Assembly: GCA_965222615.1 (NCBI GenBank)
Contig: CBDCUI010000009.1
Span: forward strand, 768,001-832,000
DNA: 64,000 bases
Direction of reading: 5' to 3'
Source: Gammaproteobacteria bacterium
GTDB taxonomy: Bacteria; Pseudomonadota; Gammaproteobacteria; UBA4575
The stretch's first letter is position 1, and each line of letters starts with the position of its first letter. Below, one piece after another: positions 61,877-64,000 of this stretch. The position numbers and the translations under genes are program-made. The notes below the pieces were generated by a model, which ran no database searches, had not been told where the DNA came from, and worked only from the letters and a program-made list of their open reading frames with translations.

Positions 61877-62067
61877 ATGCCCGTATCGACCCAAAGTTAC
61901 CATTCAATTTATTACCTTTAATACGATAAACACCCCATATAAGCGTGACTCTGGTTTACTCATTCGATAAAACCAGGACCATATTAATCCATCATTACAT
62001 GTTTAATTTACTTGCGTAATAGGCGAGTTAATTGGGGATAATAAAGGATTAAATTATTAGCAAGATC

Positions 62068-62574
62068 ATGAGGGACAAAAAAATATTATTTCTAATTACT
62101 ATGTTCCTAGTAGTCATACTTTTATCTGGGGTTTTCTTAATTCAATATTTAGAAAAAAGGAGGAATTTAGAGCTTGTCGAAAAAATTACTTCACTCGAAT
62201 TGTTTGATATTAATGTAATTAAAATTGCGAAATTAAAAAACTGGAAGCCTGAAGATTGTTTGGTAATTAACAAACGAGAGAATGTTGAAGCATTCATGGA
62301 AGTGTTCAAACAAGTCAAGCCAGGAGGCATCGATGATGAAGAAACCATAGCGGTTGAGAGATTTGTAATTATTGATACCGATTATGGAACCCGCACTTAT
62401 CTAGCAACCATATATGAAACCGCCCCAGAGAAAATAATAATTACCCAAGATATTTATAAAGTGAAAAGGCATAGTAACTACAACCTAAAATTTTCTGGAA
62501 AAGAAGTGAGTCTTAATAATCAATCTAATTGGTTTCTTGATTTACTAAGGTCAAACAACTGTCTAGCTCGGTAA
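62068..62574 (+). CDS. Hypothetical membrane-anchored protein
   Basis: 168-aa ORF with one N-terminal TM helix. Confidence 0.65.
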   Translation: MRDKKILFLITMFLVVILLSGVFLIQYLEKRRNLELVEKITSLELFDINVIKIAKLKNWKPEDCLVINKRENVEAFMEVFKQVKPGGIDDEETIAVERFVIIDTDYGTRTYLATIYETAPEKIIITQDIYKVKRHSNYNLKFSGKEVSLNNQSNWFLDLLRSNNCLAR

Positions 62575-62824
62575 TTTGAGCGTCACTCCTGTTATATCTC
62601 TAAACCGAGACAGTTATTCGTATAGGTAACACTCCTGTATTCGTATTATCGCCCGATAGGCGGTACTAATTTACATTATAGCTAACTGATAATTATGAAG
62701 AATTTGTATTGAAGGATGGATAGCATATTAAGTCGCTATCTAAACATTGAATTGTTACTCATCTACCGGGGGTCGTATGTATATTTCTTTCATGGCGTGC
62801 AACAAAATTCATATATCGAATACT

Positions 62825-64000
62825 ATGCTTTCTATTAACAAGCTTGTTTTCGCAAGCGTTTTTATTTTTTCAATAGTTATTATTTTCGGATGCGATGTAG
62901 GTACAGTTAATGATGCAGTAGAAACAATTTCTAAATTGGTTGATGAGAAAAAAAGACAAAAAAATCTTGAACAACAAAAAAATCGATATGAAGGTTCTTT
63001 AAATAATAAACCTGTATATTTGGGCGAAACTGAAGTTGCAAAACAAGGGCGCTACTTTAAAGCTGTGTACCCAGATGCATTCGATGTTATGGATGCAGTT
63101 TACAAAGAATCATTTGAGGCATTGGAGTTTCATTTTAGTGAGCTGAATAAAAACTATAGTAACAATGATGATATACAAACAGAAAAAATGTATAGCATAT
63201 TTTATGGAGGGTTTGGTAATACGGACCCTCGTTTAGAAGATTTATTTAATAAATGGATAAATCAATATCCAGACTCACATACGGCCTATACTGCAAGAGG
63301 TTTATATTACAAGAGTATCGCTGGGGCAAAACGCGGAGGCAAATATATTTCTGATACTGAAGACCATCAGATCAAAGGTATGCATGAATATCTGTCTTTA
63401 GCGAAGAATGATTTATTAAAAGCAATTGAACTCAATGATCATACACTCATGGCATATAATGGTTTATTGGGTCTCTATAATTTAACTGGCGATGATCGTG
63501 CTGAACAAGAAGTTCAAGATAAAGTTTTATCAATTTTTCCAAAATCTATCATTATACGAAGCACTCTAATATTTTCTTTGCAACCAAAATGGGGGGGTTC
63601 AATACATGAGATTGAACAACTTATTCAAAATAGCAAAAAAGTTTATGAGGATGATGACCCACGCCTAGAATATCTACGTAATTACCTTCATTACACTAAA
63701 GCTGAGATAAAAAGACGAACTGATAGAAAGGCAGCAATTCCCTTATATGATGCAGCTGTAGGCGATGGAAACCATTCTTTGTTTTTATATGCTCGCGGTT
63801 CAAACTATTACTATTTAAAACAATATGATAAAGCTCTTGAGGATTTAGACGCAGCAATTAAAAGAAGCCCATATTTACCAGGCTCACGCCTGAAAAGGTC
63901 TAGAGTACTAGAGAAACTGGGTCGAAACGAAGAAGCACTAGAGGATTTAAATGTAGCACTTGAAATTGATTCATTTGATGAGGATTATTTGAGGGCAAGA
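62825..64000 (+). CDS. DUF4034-like + TPR lipoprotein (runs off window end; absent from ORF track)
   Basis: Open frame from MLSINKLVFASVFIFSIVIIFGC; KWINQYPDSHTAY...AKRGGKYI, LQPKWGGS, then TPRs (YDKALEDLDAAIKRSP). Confidence 0.85.
   Translation, partial: MLSINKLVFASVFIFSIVIIFGCDVGTVNDAVETISKLVDEKKRQKNLEQQKNRYEGSLNNKPVYLGETEVAKQGRYFKAVYPDAFDVMDAVYKESFEALEFHFSELNKNYSNNDDIQTEKMYSIFYGGFGNTDPRLEDLFNKWINQYPDSHTAYTARGLYYKSIAGAKRGGKYISDTEDHQIKGMHEYLSLAKNDLLKAIELNDHTLMAYNGLLGLYNLTGDDRAEQEVQDKVLSIFPKSIIIRSTLIFSLQPKWGGSIHEIEQLIQNSKKVYEDDDPRLEYLRNYLHYTKAEIKRRTDRKAAIPLYDAAVGDGNHSLFLYARGSNYYYLKQYDKALEDLDAAIKRSPYLPGSRLKRSRVLEKLGRNEEALEDLNVALEIDSFDEDYLRAR

Overview
AT-rich gammaproteobacterial chromosome window. 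The housekeeping backbone is smpB, dnaQ-rnhA-methyltransferase/mltD, a Ser/Thr kinase-PP2C-FHA triad, a peptide ABC operon, fabI, ppiD, tRNA-Asp/Val, hupB-lon-clpX-clpP-tig, tRNA-Leu/His/Arg/Pro and a cyclophilin-lpxH pair. It is interrupted by several accessory blocks. The most notable block (about 8.5-19.4 kb) has an ECF sigma factor with a single-pass anti-sigma-like partner. These are transcribed divergently from an OmpA-domain gene and two signal-peptide-bearing caspase-family (C14) proteases with intact His/Cys dyads. Three unrelated secreted-protein genes in this block each carry a copy of the same ~145-bp upstream module: a promoter TCTGACA-N15-C(A/G)TCT, a GNRA hairpin and an RBS. The same promoter motif precedes the ompA-caspase operon and, with a 16-bp spacer, the sigma gene itself. 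This predicts a self-contained envelope caspase/ECF signalling regulon with swappable output cassettes. A decayed second caspase-pair relic with a divergent C-terminus, short palindromes at cassette edges and a mini-IS30 element show the block is remodelled. Other accessory items are a fabI 3' relic flanking an FkbM gene, an orphan lambda Nu1-like DNA-binding gene, a FAAL-ACP didomain beside two LpxL-family acyltransferases, an AbiE type IV TA with two palindromic operators, a covarying 44-nt tRNA-linked repeat, and a rimK/rimB/peptidase/mgtE/PP2C block that looks like an old tRNA-Pro island. All family assignments are by eye from motifs; no searches were run.
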